DNA from: an uncultured Candidatus Saccharibacteria bacterium
Lineage (GTDB): Bacteria; Patescibacteriota; Minisyncoccia; Phycocordibacterales; UBA5272
Assembly (NCBI GenBank): GCA_964457775.1
Contig: CAYWEW010000006.1
Coordinates: 10,805-74,804, forward strand
Direction: 5' to 3'
DNA: 64,000 bases
The notes beneath the pieces are model-generated. The model saw nothing but the letters and a program-made list of their open reading frames with translations, made no database searches and was not told where the DNA came from. The position numbers were made by a program, and so were the translations under genes. Below are positions 1-11,254 of the stretch, one piece after another. How positions within the stretch are numbered: the stretch's first letter is position 1; each line of letters starts with the position of its first letter.

Positions 1-236
1 TCGAAGGTTATGGAGCAGCTCACATACTCCGTGAAATGTTAACAGTAAAGTCTGACGATATCGTTGGTCGTTCACAGGCATTCGATAGTATTATTAAAGG
101 TGAAGATGTTAAGGAACCTAATACTCCTGCGTCATTTACAGTTATGTTGAATACTCTCCGAGGTCTTGCTCTTGATGTCGAGCCAAGAAAAATTACTAAC
201 AATGAAGCCCCAGTGCTTGGTGAATCATCACTATAA
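1..236 (+). CDS. rpoB: DNA-directed RNA polymerase beta subunit, C-terminal fragment (5' end lies outside the window)
   Basis: The frame reading in from position 3 translates ...EGYGAAHILREMLTVKSDDIVGRSQAFDSIIKGEDVKEPNTPASF..., which matches the conserved RpoB C-terminus (GAA..LQEMLTVKSDD). The stop is at 234-236 and rpoC follows immediately. Confidence 0.85.
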   Translation, partial: EGYGAAHILREMLTVKSDDIVGRSQAFDSIIKGEDVKEPNTPASFTVMLNTLRGLALDVEPRKITNNEAPVLGESSL

Positions 237-257
237 AAATCGTAATCATTAACTTAT

Positions 258-3200
258 ATGAAAACAATCGACACAAATAATTTTGACGGCTTGTCAATCA
301 AGATTGCTTCTCCAGAAGCGATTCGTGCTTGGTCATTTGGTGAGGTTACGAAACCAGAAACGATTAACTATCGTACTGGACGTAGTGAGCGTTATGGACT
401 TTTTGATGAAAGAATATTCGGACCTGAAAAGGATTATGAATGTTATTGTGGGAAGTATCGTCGTATTCGCTTTAAGGATATTGTTTGTGAGAAGTGTGGA
501 GTTGAAGTAACAAAGTCTATTGTTCGTCGTGAAAGAATGGGACACATTGAGCTTGCATCTCCTGTTGCTCATATTTGGTTCCTTCGTACTGTGCCTTCAC
601 GTATCGCTCTTATTCTTGCTCAACCAGTAGGGGATGTAGAGAAAGTCGTGTACTTCGCTGGATATGTTGTAAAATCTGTTAATCAAACAGCAAAGGAAGA
701 AATTCTTTCAAATCTTGATTCAGAATTTAAGGCAAAAATAAAATCAGCAAATGACGAAAAGACACAAGATAAACTTCGTGAACTTCTAACATCAACAAAG
801 AAGGAAATTGATGAAATCAAACCAAATAAAATCTTTGATGAATTAACTTATCATCGTTATTCAATGAAATATGGTACATGTTTTGAAGCAGGTATTGGAG
901 CAGACGCTCTTTACGAAATCTTCAAGAAAATGGATCTCAAAGTAATTGAAGCAGAAATCGTTCAACAATTAGTAAAGTGTGGAGCACTTGAACGTGAGAA
1001 GGCTGAGAAACGTCTTTCACTTATCAGAGCATTCCAAATCGCAGGCATTCGTCCAGAATGGATGTTCTTAACAACAATCCCAGTTATTCCTCCAGGTATT
1101 CGCCCTATGGTTGCGCTTGAAGGTGGTCGTTATGCAGCATCAGATGTGAATGATCTTTATCGTCGTGTAATCAACCGAAATAATCGTTTGAAGAAATTGA
1201 TGGAAATTGGCGCACCAGATGTTATTTTAAGAAACGAAAAGCGTATCTTACAAGAAGCAGTTGATGCTCTCATTGATAACTCTGCTCGTCATGGACAAGA
1301 TGCGGTTATGAGTCAATCACAAAAGAGACAATTAAAGTCACTTTCAGATAACTTAAAAGGAAAGCAAGGCCTTCTCCGTGGAAACCTTCTTGGTAAGCGT
1401 GTAGACTATTCTGCTCGTTCAGTTATTGTGGTTGGTCCATCACTAGCACTTAATGAATGTGGTCTTCCAAAGCACATGGCACTTGAACTATTCAAACCAT
1501 TTATTATTTCAAAGATTCTAGAACGTGAACTCGCATTTAACATTCGTGGTGCGAACAAGTTGATAGAAGATGCTATTCCTGAAGTATGGGCAATACTTGA
1601 AGAATGTATTGAAGGAAAGTATGTACTACTTAACCGTGCTCCTACACTTCACCGTTTAGGTATTCAAGCATTCAACCCTCGTCTTATTGAAGGTAATGCT
1701 ATACAACTTCACCCACTAGTTTGTCAGGCTTTTAACGCTGACTTTGACGGTGACCAGATGGCGGTACACTTACCACTATCAGTTGCAGCACAAGACGAAG
1801 CTCGTACACTGATGGCAGCCAATCGTAACCTGTTACGTCCTGGTTCAGGAGACTCTATTGTTAACCCAAGAATGGATATGGTGCTTGGTGTATATTGGAT
1901 GACAAAGTTAATTGCGGGTGAGAAAGGTGAAGGAAAGTATTTCCCAACACCGAATGAAGCAATCACAGCATACGACTTCGATATCGTTTCTTTCCGTGCG
2001 AAGATTATCGTTATGCCAAGTGATAAGCCAAAATATGCACAGTTTGAAGGTAAGCCATTTGAAACAACAATTGGACGTTTACTGTTCAACTCAGTTTTCC
2101 CATCTGACTTCCCATATATGAACGATGAAGTTGGTATTAAGAAAATGAACTCAATTGTCGATAATGTTATTCTTACTTATGGATTAGACTTAGCACCTAC
2201 AATTATCGACAAGATAAAATCTTTCGGTTACAAGTATGCAACTGTTTCAGGTACTACTTGGAATATTGATGCAGTTAAAGTTCCTAAGGAAAAAGACGGC
2301 CTTGTAGCAGATGGATGGTCACAGGCAGGTCGTGTAGAAGATGACTACAATGAAGGTCTTCTCTCAGCTGAAGAACGTTATGAACGTACCATTGATGTAT
2401 GGCAAGGTGTTAGAAGTAAGATTGAAAAGCTTATTCCAGATTCTTTCGAAAAGCATGGCTCAGTATATGATTTGATTAACTCAGGAGCCAGAGGTTCTGT
2501 TGCACAGATTATTCAAATGTCAGGTATGAAGGGTATTATTGTGAACAACTCAGGACGTAACTTGGACTTCCCAGTTATTTCATCATACAAGGAAGGACTT
2601 ACTCCACTAGAATATTTCATTACAACTTATGGTGCTCGTAAAGGTAACTCAGACACGGCTCTTAAAACAGCTCAAGCTGGATACCTTACACGTCGCCTTG
2701 TTGATGTGGCACAGGATGCTATCATTACCGAAATTGATTGTGGTACAAAAGAAAGTAAAATTGTTCGAAAAGAAAACGCTCTCGGAATTGAAGTACCAAT
2801 TTCAAAAAATATTCGTGGACGTATTATTGCAGAAGACATTGTTGTAGATGGGAAAGTTCTTTTCAAGAAGAATCATCTTATCAACAAGGATGATGCTGTA
2901 ATAGTGGAAAACGCAGGAATCACAGAAGCGAGAGTATTTTCACCACTTATGTGTCAGTCACTTCATGGTATTTGTCAAAAGTGTTATGGACTAGATATGG
3001 GACGTAACAAGAAAGTAGACTTAGGTGAAGCTGTCGGTATTGTGGCTGCTCAAGCTATTGGTGAACCAGGAACACAGCTTACTATGCGTACATTCCACGC
3101 CGGAGGTGTGTCTGGAGTCGACATTACACAAGGTCTTCCTCGTGTTGAAGAAATCTTCGAACGTCGTATGCCAAAGAATCCAGCTATTATTGCTCATGAA

Positions 3201-3854
3201 TCTGGTTCCATTATTGGTATGCGTGATGAAGGAAAAGAAAAGATTATTCTTTTACTTGCAGATGATGATGGAGCAAAGGGAAACAAGAGTGGTAAGCAAA
3301 TTGAGTACACAGTACCATATCGTCGTCAGCCAATAGTAAAAGTTGGAGACTCTGTAAAACAAGGTCAAATGATGACAGACGGTTCATGTGATATTGAAGA
3401 ATTATTTACTCATGCAGGAAAGGAAGTTACTGAAGAATATATTGTTAGTGAAATTAACAAAGTGTATGAATTACAAGGTGCCGCAATTTCACGTAAGCAC
3501 GTTGAAGTTATTATCAAGCAAATGCTTGGACGTGTGAAAATTGTTAATCCTGGAGATACACGATTCACACAATCAGATGTTGTTGAAGTATCTAATTTCC
3601 GTGCAGAAAACCTACGTACAAAGACACGTGGTGGAACAGAAGCAAAGGGTCGTCATTTGATACTTGGTATCACTGATGTTGCCCTCTCAACTGATTCGTG
3701 GCTATCTAGTGCTTCATTCCAAAATACTACTAGAGTGCTCATCACAGCATCTACTCGTGGTCAAATGGATGAACTCCGTGGTCTAAAAGAGAACGTTATC
3801 ATCGGCCGCCTTATCCCGGCTGGAACTGGCCTCCGTGGACAAGAAAATAGTTAA
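258..3854 (+). CDS. rpoC: DNA-directed RNA polymerase beta' subunit (1198 aa)
   Basis: Zn-finger [23 protein letters not shown]. The catalytic NADFDGD motif is present. The trigger-loop and C-terminal conserved blocks are also present. Confidence 0.95.
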   Translation: MKTIDTNNFDGLSIKIASPEAIRAWSFGEVTKPETINYRTGRSERYGLFDERIFGPEKDYECYCGKYRRIRFKDIVCEKCGVEVTKSIVRRERMGHIELASPVAHIWFLRTVPSRIALILAQPVGDVEKVVYFAGYVVKSVNQTAKEEILSNLDSEFKAKIKSANDEKTQDKLRELLTSTKKEIDEIKPNKIFDELTYHRYSMKYGTCFEAGIGADALYEIFKKMDLKVIEAEIVQQLVKCGALEREKAEKRLSLIRAFQIAGIRPEWMFLTTIPVIPPGIRPMVALEGGRYAASDVNDLYRRVINRNNRLKKLMEIGAPDVILRNEKRILQEAVDALIDNSARHGQDAVMSQSQKRQLKSLSDNLKGKQGLLRGNLLGKRVDYSARSVIVVGPSLALNECGLPKHMALELFKPFIISKILERELAFNIRGANKLIEDAIPEVWAILEECIEGKYVLLNRAPTLHRLGIQAFNPRLIEGNAIQLHPLVCQAFNADFDGDQMAVHLPLSVAAQDEARTLMAANRNLLRPGSGDSIVNPRMDMVLGVYWMTKLIAGEKGEGKYFPTPNEAITAYDFDIVSFRAKIIVMPSDKPKYAQFEGKPFETTIGRLLFNSVFPSDFPYMNDEVGIKKMNSIVDNVILTYGLDLAPTIIDKIKSFGYKYATVSGTTWNIDAVKVPKEKDGLVADGWSQAGRVEDDYNEGLLSAEERYERTIDVWQGVRSKIEKLIPDSFEKHGSVYDLINSGARGSVAQIIQMSGMKGIIVNNSGRNLDFPVISSYKEGLTPLEYFITTYGARKGNSDTALKTAQAGYLTRRLVDVAQDAIITEIDCGTKESKIVRKENALGIEVPISKNIRGRIIAEDIVVDGKVLFKKNHLINKDDAVIVENAGITEARVFSPLMCQSLHGICQKCYGLDMGRNKKVDLGEAVGIVAAQAIGEPGTQLTMRTFHAGGVSGVDITQGLPRVEEIFERRMPKNPAIIAHESGSIIGMRDEGKEKIILLLADDDGAKGNKSGKQIEYTVPYRRQPIVKVGDSVKQGQMMTDGSCDIEELFTHAGKEVTEEYIVSEINKVYELQGAAISRKHVEVIIKQMLGRVKIVNPGDTRFTQSDVVEVSNFRAENLRTKTRGGTEAKGRHLILGITDVALSTDSWLSSASFQNTTRVLITASTRGQMDELRGLKENVIIGRLIPAGTGLRGQENS

Positions 3855-3871
3855 TTAATTCTGATTAAATA

Positions 3872-3905
3872 AACAAAAAACACCTAATATGAGGGTGTTT
3901 TTTGT
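3872..3905 (+). terminator. intrinsic terminator after rpoC
   Basis: Hairpin AAAAACACC-taatatgag-GGTGTTTTTT followed by a T-run. Confidence 0.7.
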
Positions 3906-3933
3906 TTTATTCCATGATATGATGTAATGAATT

Positions 3934-4770
3934 ATGAAACTAGGAATGATTGGGCAGGGGTTTATAGGTAAGGCATATGCTAATGATTTTGAAACGCGTG
4001 GGTACGAAGTAGTACGTTATTCAAATGAAAAAGCATTCATTGATAATAAAGAAGCAATTTCAACATGTGACATAGTTTTTATTGCTGTGCCTACGCCTAC
4101 AACAGTTAAGGGATTCGATTACTCCATCGTCGAGGAAGTTCTTCATCTTGTAGGGAAGAATAAAATTGCTGTAATTAAGTCAACTCTGATACCTGGAACC
4201 ACAGAACAATTACAAGAAAAATTTCAGTCAATTTATTTATTTCATTCACCTGAATTTCTTGTTGCAAAAAATGCTGAGTATGACGCAAAATACCCCGTCA
4301 GAAATATTGTCGGCCACACTAATTTTTCTAAAGATAAAGCTGAATTAGTGCTTTCTGTTTTACCAAGTGCTAAATTTTCAAAAATAATCCCATCAAAAGA
4401 GGCTGAAATGGTTAAGTACATGGGAAACATTTTTCTTACAAAGAAAGTAATATTTGCTAACTTAATTAATGATTTATGTAAAAAAATTGATGTTGATTAT
4501 GAAACAGTAAAAGAGTGTGTTGGAATGGATAATAGAATTACATTAAGTCATTTAAATATTGATCATGATAAGGGTCGGGGAGCGGGAGGTTATTGTTTTA
4601 TTAAAGACTTAGCAGCATTTTCGCAGTTTTATGAAAAAACATTACCTGAAGATCAAGTTGGTAAAGATATATTCAAATCACTGGAGAGAAAAAACATTAA
4701 CCTACTCAAATTATCTAAGAAAGATTTAGAACTACTTAAAGGTGTTTATGGAGAGGGTATTATGGAATAG
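3934..4770 (+). CDS. short UDP-glucose/GDP-mannose dehydrogenase-family protein (NAD-binding and catalytic-Cys region only, 278 aa)
   Basis: N-terminal Rossmann motif MIGQGFIGKAY and VFIAVPTP. The catalytic-Cys motif GGYCFIKD corresponds to GGSC(L/F)PKD. The C-terminal UDP-binding domain is absent. Confidence 0.6.
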   Translation: MKLGMIGQGFIGKAYANDFETRGYEVVRYSNEKAFIDNKEAISTCDIVFIAVPTPTTVKGFDYSIVEEVLHLVGKNKIAVIKSTLIPGTTEQLQEKFQSIYLFHSPEFLVAKNAEYDAKYPVRNIVGHTNFSKDKAELVLSVLPSAKFSKIIPSKEAEMVKYMGNIFLTKKVIFANLINDLCKKIDVDYETVKECVGMDNRITLSHLNIDHDKGRGAGGYCFIKDLAAFSQFYEKTLPEDQVGKDIFKSLERKNINLLKLSKKDLELLKGVYGEGIME

Positions 4771-4896
4771 AAAAGGTCATAAAGATAGCAAGTATTTACT
4801 TATAATTGTGTATAAAAATAGCATAATTGCTAGTTGTTTTTCTATGTGTGAATATGCCTAAATAAATTATATCTTTAATGATATACTTTATATATT

Positions 4897-6567
4897 ATGA
4901 ATTTATCGAAAAAGGTTTTACAGGCTCTGCTTATTTTGGGTTCTATCTCCCTCACCACCTCTTCTGTTTATGCATCAATAACAATAACGTCGCCAAATGG
5001 AGGTGAAAATTGGTCAGGAACAAAAACAATTACTTGGACCAGTGTCGGAACAAGTGGATTCGTAAATATATATAGATGTCTAACATTAGATTGTTCTTCT
5101 ACATCCACAGTTGCAACCAATGTTACAGATACAGGTTCGTCTACCTTTGATACGTCTGGGTTAAACGCTACTAACAAAATTTACATAGAAGATGCATCAG
5201 ATACTTCAATGTCAGATGTTTCGGATAACACATTCAGGATCGATAATACAATTTCTAGCTGTAATGCTTCGATTGGGTCAAATAATACTGGCTCTGCAAG
5301 AATAGCAAAAGTAGGTGATCTTATTACCGTCAACTTTGATACTTGCGAATCAATAAGTTTAGGGACCGTTACTTTTTTTGGAAAAATAATTAATGCTACG
5401 AACATTGGAGGAAATACTTGGTCTGTTTCTACAACGACAACCATGACTGATGATGAAGGTCTTGTTTCTTTTAATATTAATTATACCGACCTTGCGGGTA
5501 ATTCAATGTCACGATCAAGTACAGTTAATGGATCATATGTGATATATGACAAAACATTTCCAGAATCCTCTATATCTTTTTCAACATCAACATTCACAAT
5601 TGGAAGTATGGCTACCGCAACAATTACCTTTAATGAGAAAGTAAGAAACTTTGCAAATGATGACATTATTAGAATTGATAACGGAACACTTTCTACTGCA
5701 ACATCATCTGATGACGGGATCACATGGACAGCGATTTTTACTCCGACAGATGCTACAAGTTCATTAAGTAACGTAGTTGTTATTGATACATCTCTGCTTA
5801 ATGATATTGCAGGAAATACTGGAACAAGTACAGCAACATCTTCAAGCTATATTATTGATACTGAGAGACCTACAGCGACAACATCACTGTCTTCTAATTC
5901 AGTTGGAATTAGTCAGACAATAACCCTAACAATTACCTTTAATGAGAAAGTAAGAAACTTTGCAAATGATGACATTATTAGAATTGATAACGGAACACTT
6001 TCTACTGCAACATCATCTGACGACGGTATAACGTGGAACACTATCTTCACCCCAACATTAGGAATTAGTAATACTATAAGTACCATTGCTATTGGATCAA
6101 GCTACACTGACATTTATGGAAATACCTCAGCAACAGGTACAGTTACTGCGAATTTTATCGTTAATACTCCTACAGTTAGTCAGAGTGGAGGCGGAGGTTT
6201 TTCTGGAGGCGGAGGTGGAGGTTCAGTTGTAACTGTTGTTCAGCAACCTGTAGCTACCACTACACAAAATCAAAATACAGCGCAATCCGTACCCGTAACA
6301 ACTCAAAGTACTCTAAACTTACCAACTGTTCTAGGAGCTTCGATATTTATCTTCTCGAAAAACTTAAAGTTAGAATCTACAGGAAATGATGTGATGGAAT
6401 TACAAAAGTTCTTAACAAAAGAAGGATTTTTCAGCAATAAGCCAACTAAGTATTTTGGTAGACTTACGAAAATTGCATTGATGAAATGGCAGAAAAAAAA
6501 CAATTTGCCAGCGACAGGATATTTTGGTCCTATGTCTAGAGTAACTATAAACAGCAATTCTAATTAA
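4897..6567 (+). CDS. secreted surface protein with Big_5-like Ig repeats, a Gly linker and a C-terminal peptidoglycan-binding (PG_binding_1-like) domain
   Basis: It has a signal peptide. Domains ending in ...D(L/I)AGN(T/S) are repeated, matching the Big_5 signature. A GGGGFSGGGGGGS linker precedes the C-terminus. The C-terminus LESTGNDVMELQKFLTKEGFF...LTKIALMKWQKKNNLPATGYFGP matches the PG_binding_1 pattern. Confidence 0.7.
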   Translation: MNLSKKVLQALLILGSISLTTSSVYASITITSPNGGENWSGTKTITWTSVGTSGFVNIYRCLTLDCSSTSTVATNVTDTGSSTFDTSGLNATNKIYIEDASDTSMSDVSDNTFRIDNTISSCNASIGSNNTGSARIAKVGDLITVNFDTCESISLGTVTFFGKIINATNIGGNTWSVSTTTTMTDDEGLVSFNINYTDLAGNSMSRSSTVNGSYVIYDKTFPESSISFSTSTFTIGSMATATITFNEKVRNFANDDIIRIDNGTLSTATSSDDGITWTAIFTPTDATSSLSNVVVIDTSLLNDIAGNTGTSTATSSSYIIDTERPTATTSLSSNSVGISQTITLTITFNEKVRNFANDDIIRIDNGTLSTATSSDDGITWNTIFTPTLGISNTISTIAIGSSYTDIYGNTSATGTVTANFIVNTPTVSQSGGGGFSGGGGGGSVVTVVQQPVATTTQNQNTAQSVPVTTQSTLNLPTVLGASIFIFSKNLKLESTGNDVMELQKFLTKEGFFSNKPTKYFGRLTKIALMKWQKKNNLPATGYFGPMSRVTINSNSN

Positions 6568-6593
6568 ATTTAAAGTATAATTACTCTTCTATT

Positions 6594-7655
6594 ATGAAAA
6601 AAATACTTGTAACCTTAAAACATGTTTTTATACCTCATGATGAGAATGACTACAAGCCACATTTTTTTCGAGAAGTAAGTGTTTCAATGTTACTTTTTAT
6701 GAGTGTGTTTCTATTAGGGTCTTCTGCGGGCAGTTCATTTTTCATGAAAAAAACTGTTCTTGGTGCTGAAATTGCTTCGTCAGTGCTCATTGACCTTACC
6801 AATGAAAGTAGACTGGCTCAAAACGAGCCCCCTTTAATACGTAACCCAAAACTTGATAGAGCTGCTGAATTGAAAGGTAATGACATGGCTAGTAAGCAAT
6901 ATTTCTCTCATAATAGTCCTGAAGGTGTGACACCATGGCATTGGTTCAGAGAGGTTGGTTATAACTTTCTATTCGCAGGTGAAAATCTAGCAATAAACTT
7001 CTCTGATTCAAGTGAAGTTCAAAGGGCGTGGCTTGAATCTCCAACACATAGAGCAAATATAATGAACGTTGAGTTTCGAGAAATAGGTATCGCAACTATA
7101 AAAGGGGAGTATAACGACTACCCTACTATTTATATTGTTCAAATGTTCGGTACTCCAGCATATGGAAAAATTAAAGAAGACAAGTCATTTTCTGTACAAG
7201 AATATGGAGCGTCATCAACGGTAACTGTCTCTAAAATTACTACATCAGAAAACGTTAAAGGTGCTTCTACTGGAACTGTTGCTGAAGAAGTAACTGCAAA
7301 AACTACGGTCGCTTCGACGAGTAGTTCAACCATACAAACTCCTTCTAATCTTGAAAAAATTGTATCAACACAAGATATTGCCGTTGTAAAGAATACTTCA
7401 GTTGAGATGTCAAAAATCCCAAAACATGTTGTTGTCCCAATGATTTCATATTCTACATGGTATGAGAAAATTCTTTTCAAGTTTTCTTCGTATATTGAAA
7501 TTCTTTACAAAGGATTATTACTTCTTGTGGCATTTGCCCTTGTTACTATGGTTTTAATTGAGATTCGTAAACAGCATTATGTTCATATAATGTATGGTAT
7601 TTTCTTGCTTCTTCTTCTAACACTATTTATTAATATTAATAAGATATTCTTGTAG
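6594..7655 (+). CDS. CAP/SCP (PR-1-like) domain protein with a C-terminal TM anchor
   Basis: CAP-domain blocks are present: NESRLAQNEPPL, AAELKGNDMASKQYFSHNSPEG, FAGENLA and WLESPTHRANIMN. A hydrophobic C-terminal helix follows. Confidence 0.65.
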   Translation: MKKILVTLKHVFIPHDENDYKPHFFREVSVSMLLFMSVFLLGSSAGSSFFMKKTVLGAEIASSVLIDLTNESRLAQNEPPLIRNPKLDRAAELKGNDMASKQYFSHNSPEGVTPWHWFREVGYNFLFAGENLAINFSDSSEVQRAWLESPTHRANIMNVEFREIGIATIKGEYNDYPTIYIVQMFGTPAYGKIKEDKSFSVQEYGASSTVTVSKITTSENVKGASTGTVAEEVTAKTTVASTSSSTIQTPSNLEKIVSTQDIAVVKNTSVEMSKIPKHVVVPMISYSTWYEKILFKFSSYIEILYKGLLLLVAFALVTMVLIEIRKQHYVHIMYGIFLLLLLTLFININKIFL

Positions 7656-7700
7656 AATAGTAAGAAGAAATCATTTGAGCTTTATGGTAAAATAGAGTTC

Positions 7701-9359
7701 ATGAATCCAAAAGATCAGATTAAAGAAAATCTATCTATTACTGAGGTTGTATCTACCTATATCCGCCTCGAAAAGTCAGGGGCTCAGTTTCGTGCCCGTT
7801 GTCCGTTCCACAATGAGAAAACTCCTTCTTTCTATGTTTCACCTGAGAGAAAATCATTTCACTGCTTCGGATGCCAAGCACATGGAGATATTTTTTCTTT
7901 TGTTGAGAAAATTGAGAATATTCCATTTTTTGAAGCACTCAAAATTTTAGCTGACAGAGCCGGTGTACAGTTATTAGATACACAAAAAAATAAAGAAGAC
8001 ACTCGTCTTATCACTCTTTTAAAAGATGTAACAGGACATCTTGAGAAAAATTTAAAAGGCAGCCCCGAGGCAATGAAGTATCTTATTGACAGAGGTTTAA
8101 CTGATGAAACAATAAAAATATTCCACATAGGATATGCCAAAAACGAGTGGCGTGATTTGTTTATTTATCTCGTGTCACTTGGATATACACCTGAAGAAAT
8201 AGAACAAGCCGGCATGACCATAAAAGCACAAGATGATTTTGGGAATACAAAAGGTTGGTATGATAGATTTAGAGGACGTGTCATGTTTCCAATAAGAAAT
8301 GTGTCTGGTGCAACAGTTGGATATTCTGGTCGTATATTACCGTCACTTGTAGACCCATCAGTTGCTCAAGGAAAGTATGTTAATACTCCAGAGACTGCTC
8401 TATATCATAAGTCTAAAATTTTGTTCGGTTATGATACTGCAAAAAAGAGAATGGCAGAAACAAAATCTGTGGTTGTGGTGGAGGGTCAAATGGATTTATG
8501 TATGAGTTATCAGGCAGGTATTCATAATACGGTTGCAGTATCAGGAACGGCCTTTACTGACGAACATATACACATTATTAAGCGTTTTTGTGAAACAGTT
8601 GTACTTTCTTTTGATACTGACACTGCAGGGCAAAATGCTCTCAAAAAAACAGCATTACTTTGTTTATTAGGTGGTTTAGATGTGTATGTGGTGGGTGATA
8701 TTGGTACTAAAGATCCAGCTGATTTAATAAAAGAAAATCCTACTGCTTGGGTTAATGCGATAGAGAACAAAAAACACGTAATTGAATTAATGCTTTCAAG
8801 GATAATTAATGATGGAGAAGATACTCGCGTACAGGGTCAAAGAATAGTGAGCGAAGTGTTACCATTCATTAGGGCAGTACAATCACCAATTGATAGAGCT
8901 CATTTTATTAGAATAGTCTCACAAAAAACTCATATTCCAGAAGCAACATTATCTGAAGAAATATCAAGAGGAGCATTAGCGCAGCCAGATATTATAAAAG
9001 AAGAAGTAATAACCATGCCAAGCAAAGAAAGACTACTTCGTGAAATAATCGCCTTCACAAAACTCACTGATTTACATAAAGACGAAAGAGTTACAGTACT
9101 TGAGATAGACTTTACACAATTCCCAGACACAATCATAGAAGAGGAAATGTTTAAGTTGGAAGAAAAAGTAATAGGGGATAAAGATAAATATTTCAATGAT
9201 TTAATTAAGAGTTTTAAAAAGGAACAACACAAAGAACAATTAATTATCTTGCAACAAAAAATGAGAGTGGATGGTGCAGACAAAGAAGCTATTCTAAAAG
9301 AAATATATGATCATGTAAAAAAGGGACCTGAAGCAATTTACGGTCTTAAAAGTAATTAA
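7701..9359 (+). CDS. dnaG: DNA primase
   Basis: CHC2 zinc finger CPFHNEKTPSFYVSPERKSFHCFGCQAHGD. TOPRIM region VVVVEGQMD...SFDTDTAGQNA. Confidence 0.9.
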   Translation: MNPKDQIKENLSITEVVSTYIRLEKSGAQFRARCPFHNEKTPSFYVSPERKSFHCFGCQAHGDIFSFVEKIENIPFFEALKILADRAGVQLLDTQKNKEDTRLITLLKDVTGHLEKNLKGSPEAMKYLIDRGLTDETIKIFHIGYAKNEWRDLFIYLVSLGYTPEEIEQAGMTIKAQDDFGNTKGWYDRFRGRVMFPIRNVSGATVGYSGRILPSLVDPSVAQGKYVNTPETALYHKSKILFGYDTAKKRMAETKSVVVVEGQMDLCMSYQAGIHNTVAVSGTAFTDEHIHIIKRFCETVVLSFDTDTAGQNALKKTALLCLLGGLDVYVVGDIGTKDPADLIKENPTAWVNAIENKKHVIELMLSRIINDGEDTRVQGQRIVSEVLPFIRAVQSPIDRAHFIRIVSQKTHIPEATLSEEISRGALAQPDIIKEEVITMPSKERLLREIIAFTKLTDLHKDERVTVLEIDFTQFPDTIIEEEMFKLEEKVIGDKDKYFNDLIKSFKKEQHKEQLIILQQKMRVDGADKEAILKEIYDHVKKGPEAIYGLKSN

Positions 9360-9401
9360 AATTGCCTACAATGTTGTTAATAATTATGTGGATAACTTTA
9401 G

Positions 9402-9430
9402 TGGACATATTGTCTAATTTGTAGTATAAT
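9402..9430 (+). promoter_or_regulatory. sigma70-type promoter upstream of rpoD
   Basis: TGGACA (9402-9407), a 17-nt spacer, then TATAAT (9425-9430). Confidence 0.5.
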
Positions 9431-9446
9431 CCCCGATACACGTCAT

Positions 9447-10871
9447 ATGGCGAAAAAAGTATCTTCACAAAAAAAGAGTGTACAGAAAAAAACTACAACA
9501 AAAAATGTAGTCAAAAAATCAAAAACCAATAAGGTGGTATCTTCAAAGAAGACTACCCCTGCAGTGAAAAAATCTCTTGCAAAGAAATCACAAAAAAAGA
9601 CACCAAAGAAGACAACAAAGAAAGTCATACCTACAAAAAAAGTAACTAAGAAAGTAGTTAAGAAAGTAACAAAAAAAGTTATCAAGAAAGAAAAGAAGAT
9701 TGCTCCAAAAAAGCAAACTCCAAAAATAGAGGAAAAACCAAAGTACAAACCAAAAGCTTTCACAATTAAGACAGGTCCATCAAAACCAAAGATTGTTGAA
9801 AAACCAAAGAAAGTAACTACTCGTGATCAAAACGAAGAGGAGCTTCTAAAAAAAGGAAAGGAACGAGGATTCATTACATATGATGAGATTATTCGTTATT
9901 TCCCTACAATTGAGACGGATATTCTTTATCTAGAGGAATTGTATGAAAAGATGAGCGCTGCAGGAATTGACGTTCTAGAAGGTGGAAATCTTCTTGATAT
10001 GGATGATGATCTTCTTAAATTAGAAGGGCGTGATAGTACTCATGATAGTATACAAATGTATTTACGTGAAATTGGTCAATATCCTCTAATTTCAGGAGAT
10101 AATGAACGTGAACTTGCTATTCGTATTGAAAAGGGTGATATGGAAGCTGGAGCATTACTTGCTAAAGCAAACCTCCGTCTTGTTGTTTCCATTGCGAAGA
10201 AATACGTTGGGCGTTCATCTGATCTTACACTTCTTGATCTTATTCAAGAAGGTAACTTAGGGCTCTTTAAAGCAGTTGAAAAGTTCGACTGGAATAAAGG
10301 CTTTAAGTTCTCAACTTATGCTACTTGGTGGATTAGACAAGCAATCACACGTGCGCTTGCTGATCAATCAAGAACAATTCGTATTCCTGTGCACATGGTA
10401 GAAACAATTGCTAAGTACAAACAAGTAGTTCGTCGTCTATCACAAGATCTAGGTCGTGATCCACTCGCAGAGGAAATAGCGGTAGAAATGAATGTTGATG
10501 TTGAAAAAATTCACATTATCGAAAACATTAATCAAGACACTGTTTCACTCGAAAAGCCAATCGGAGACGATGATGACAAGTCCACACTAGGTGAATTTAT
10601 CGCTGATGATAAAATTCTTTCTCCAGACCAAGAAGCGTCACACAGAATTCTTGCTGACCAAATCAATGAAATATTAGATGATCTTTCTCCAAAGGAAAGA
10701 AAGATTGTAGAAATGCGAAATGGCCTCGGTGAGTTCGATGGCGTTATGCACACTCTTGAAGAAGTAGGGGCAGAGTTCGGAGTTACTCGTGAACGTATTC
10801 GTCAAATTGAAGCAAAGGTACATGAAAAGATTCGTTCTCATGATAAATCAGAACGTTTAAGAAATTATTAA
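9447..10871 (+). CDS. rpoD: RNA polymerase sigma-70 factor with a ~125-aa Lys-rich N-terminal extension
   Basis: Regions 1.2 to 4 are conserved ([69 protein letters not shown]). The N-terminus is a KKxxKK low-complexity tail. Confidence 0.92.
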   Translation: MAKKVSSQKKSVQKKTTTKNVVKKSKTNKVVSSKKTTPAVKKSLAKKSQKKTPKKTTKKVIPTKKVTKKVVKKVTKKVIKKEKKIAPKKQTPKIEEKPKYKPKAFTIKTGPSKPKIVEKPKKVTTRDQNEEELLKKGKERGFITYDEIIRYFPTIETDILYLEELYEKMSAAGIDVLEGGNLLDMDDDLLKLEGRDSTHDSIQMYLREIGQYPLISGDNERELAIRIEKGDMEAGALLAKANLRLVVSIAKKYVGRSSDLTLLDLIQEGNLGLFKAVEKFDWNKGFKFSTYATWWIRQAITRALADQSRTIRIPVHMVETIAKYKQVVRRLSQDLGRDPLAEEIAVEMNVDVEKIHIIENINQDTVSLEKPIGDDDDKSTLGEFIADDKILSPDQEASHRILADQINEILDDLSPKERKIVEMRNGLGEFDGVMHTLEEVGAEFGVTRERIRQIEAKVHEKIRSHDKSERLRNY

Positions 10872-10880
10872 TGCATAAAA

Positions 10881-10903
10881 ATATTCAGATCAAATCTGAA
10901 TAT
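10881..10903 (+). terminator. intrinsic terminator after rpoD
   Basis: Palindrome ATATTCAGAT-caa-ATCTGAATAT followed by TTTT. Confidence 0.6.
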
Positions 10904-10920
10904 TTTTATAAAACCAAAAG

Positions 10921-10949
10921 AAAAAACACTTCTTGAGAAGTGTTTTTTC
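10921..10949. terminator. bidirectional terminator hairpin between the convergent rpoD and RRM gene
   Basis: AAAAAACACTTC-ttga-GAAGTGTTTTTT has A/T runs on both sides. Confidence 0.6.
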
Positions 10950-10972
10950 ATTGTGTGTATTTCTAATTTAAA

Positions 10973-11254
10973 TTAGAAAGCACGACGTGGACGATCCTCG
11001 CGAGGTGCGAGTGGACGAGCTACATTTACAGTAAGACGACGTCCTTGGAATTCCTGATCGTGGAACATGGCGATAGCCTTGTTTGCTTCCTCATCAGATG
11101 ACATTTCAACGAAGCCGAAGCCCTTTGAACGGTTAGTCATCTTGTCGATGATAATTTGAGCTGAAAGTACAGTTCCGGCTGCGCCGAAGTGTGCCTTAAG
11201 ATCGTCGTTAGTAGAAGTGTAAGGTATACCACCTATGTAAAGTTTTGAATTCAT
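10973..11254 (-). CDS. RRM-domain RNA-binding protein
   Basis: RNP2 LYIGGIPY and RNP1 KGFGFVEM motifs are present. The protein has an Arg-rich C-terminal tail. Confidence 0.85.
   Translation of the reverse strand: MNSKLYIGGIPYTSTNDDLKAHFGAAGTVLSAQIIIDKMTNRSKGFGFVEMSSDEEANKAIAMFHDQEFQGRRLTVNVARPLAPREDRPRRAF

Noticed and set aside
20-3336. Antisense or overlapping small ORFs inside rpoC, dnaG, the giant genes and similar (many entries in the ORF track)
   Set aside because: They are embedded in well-supported conserved genes on the opposite strand or in another frame, and have no independent signals.
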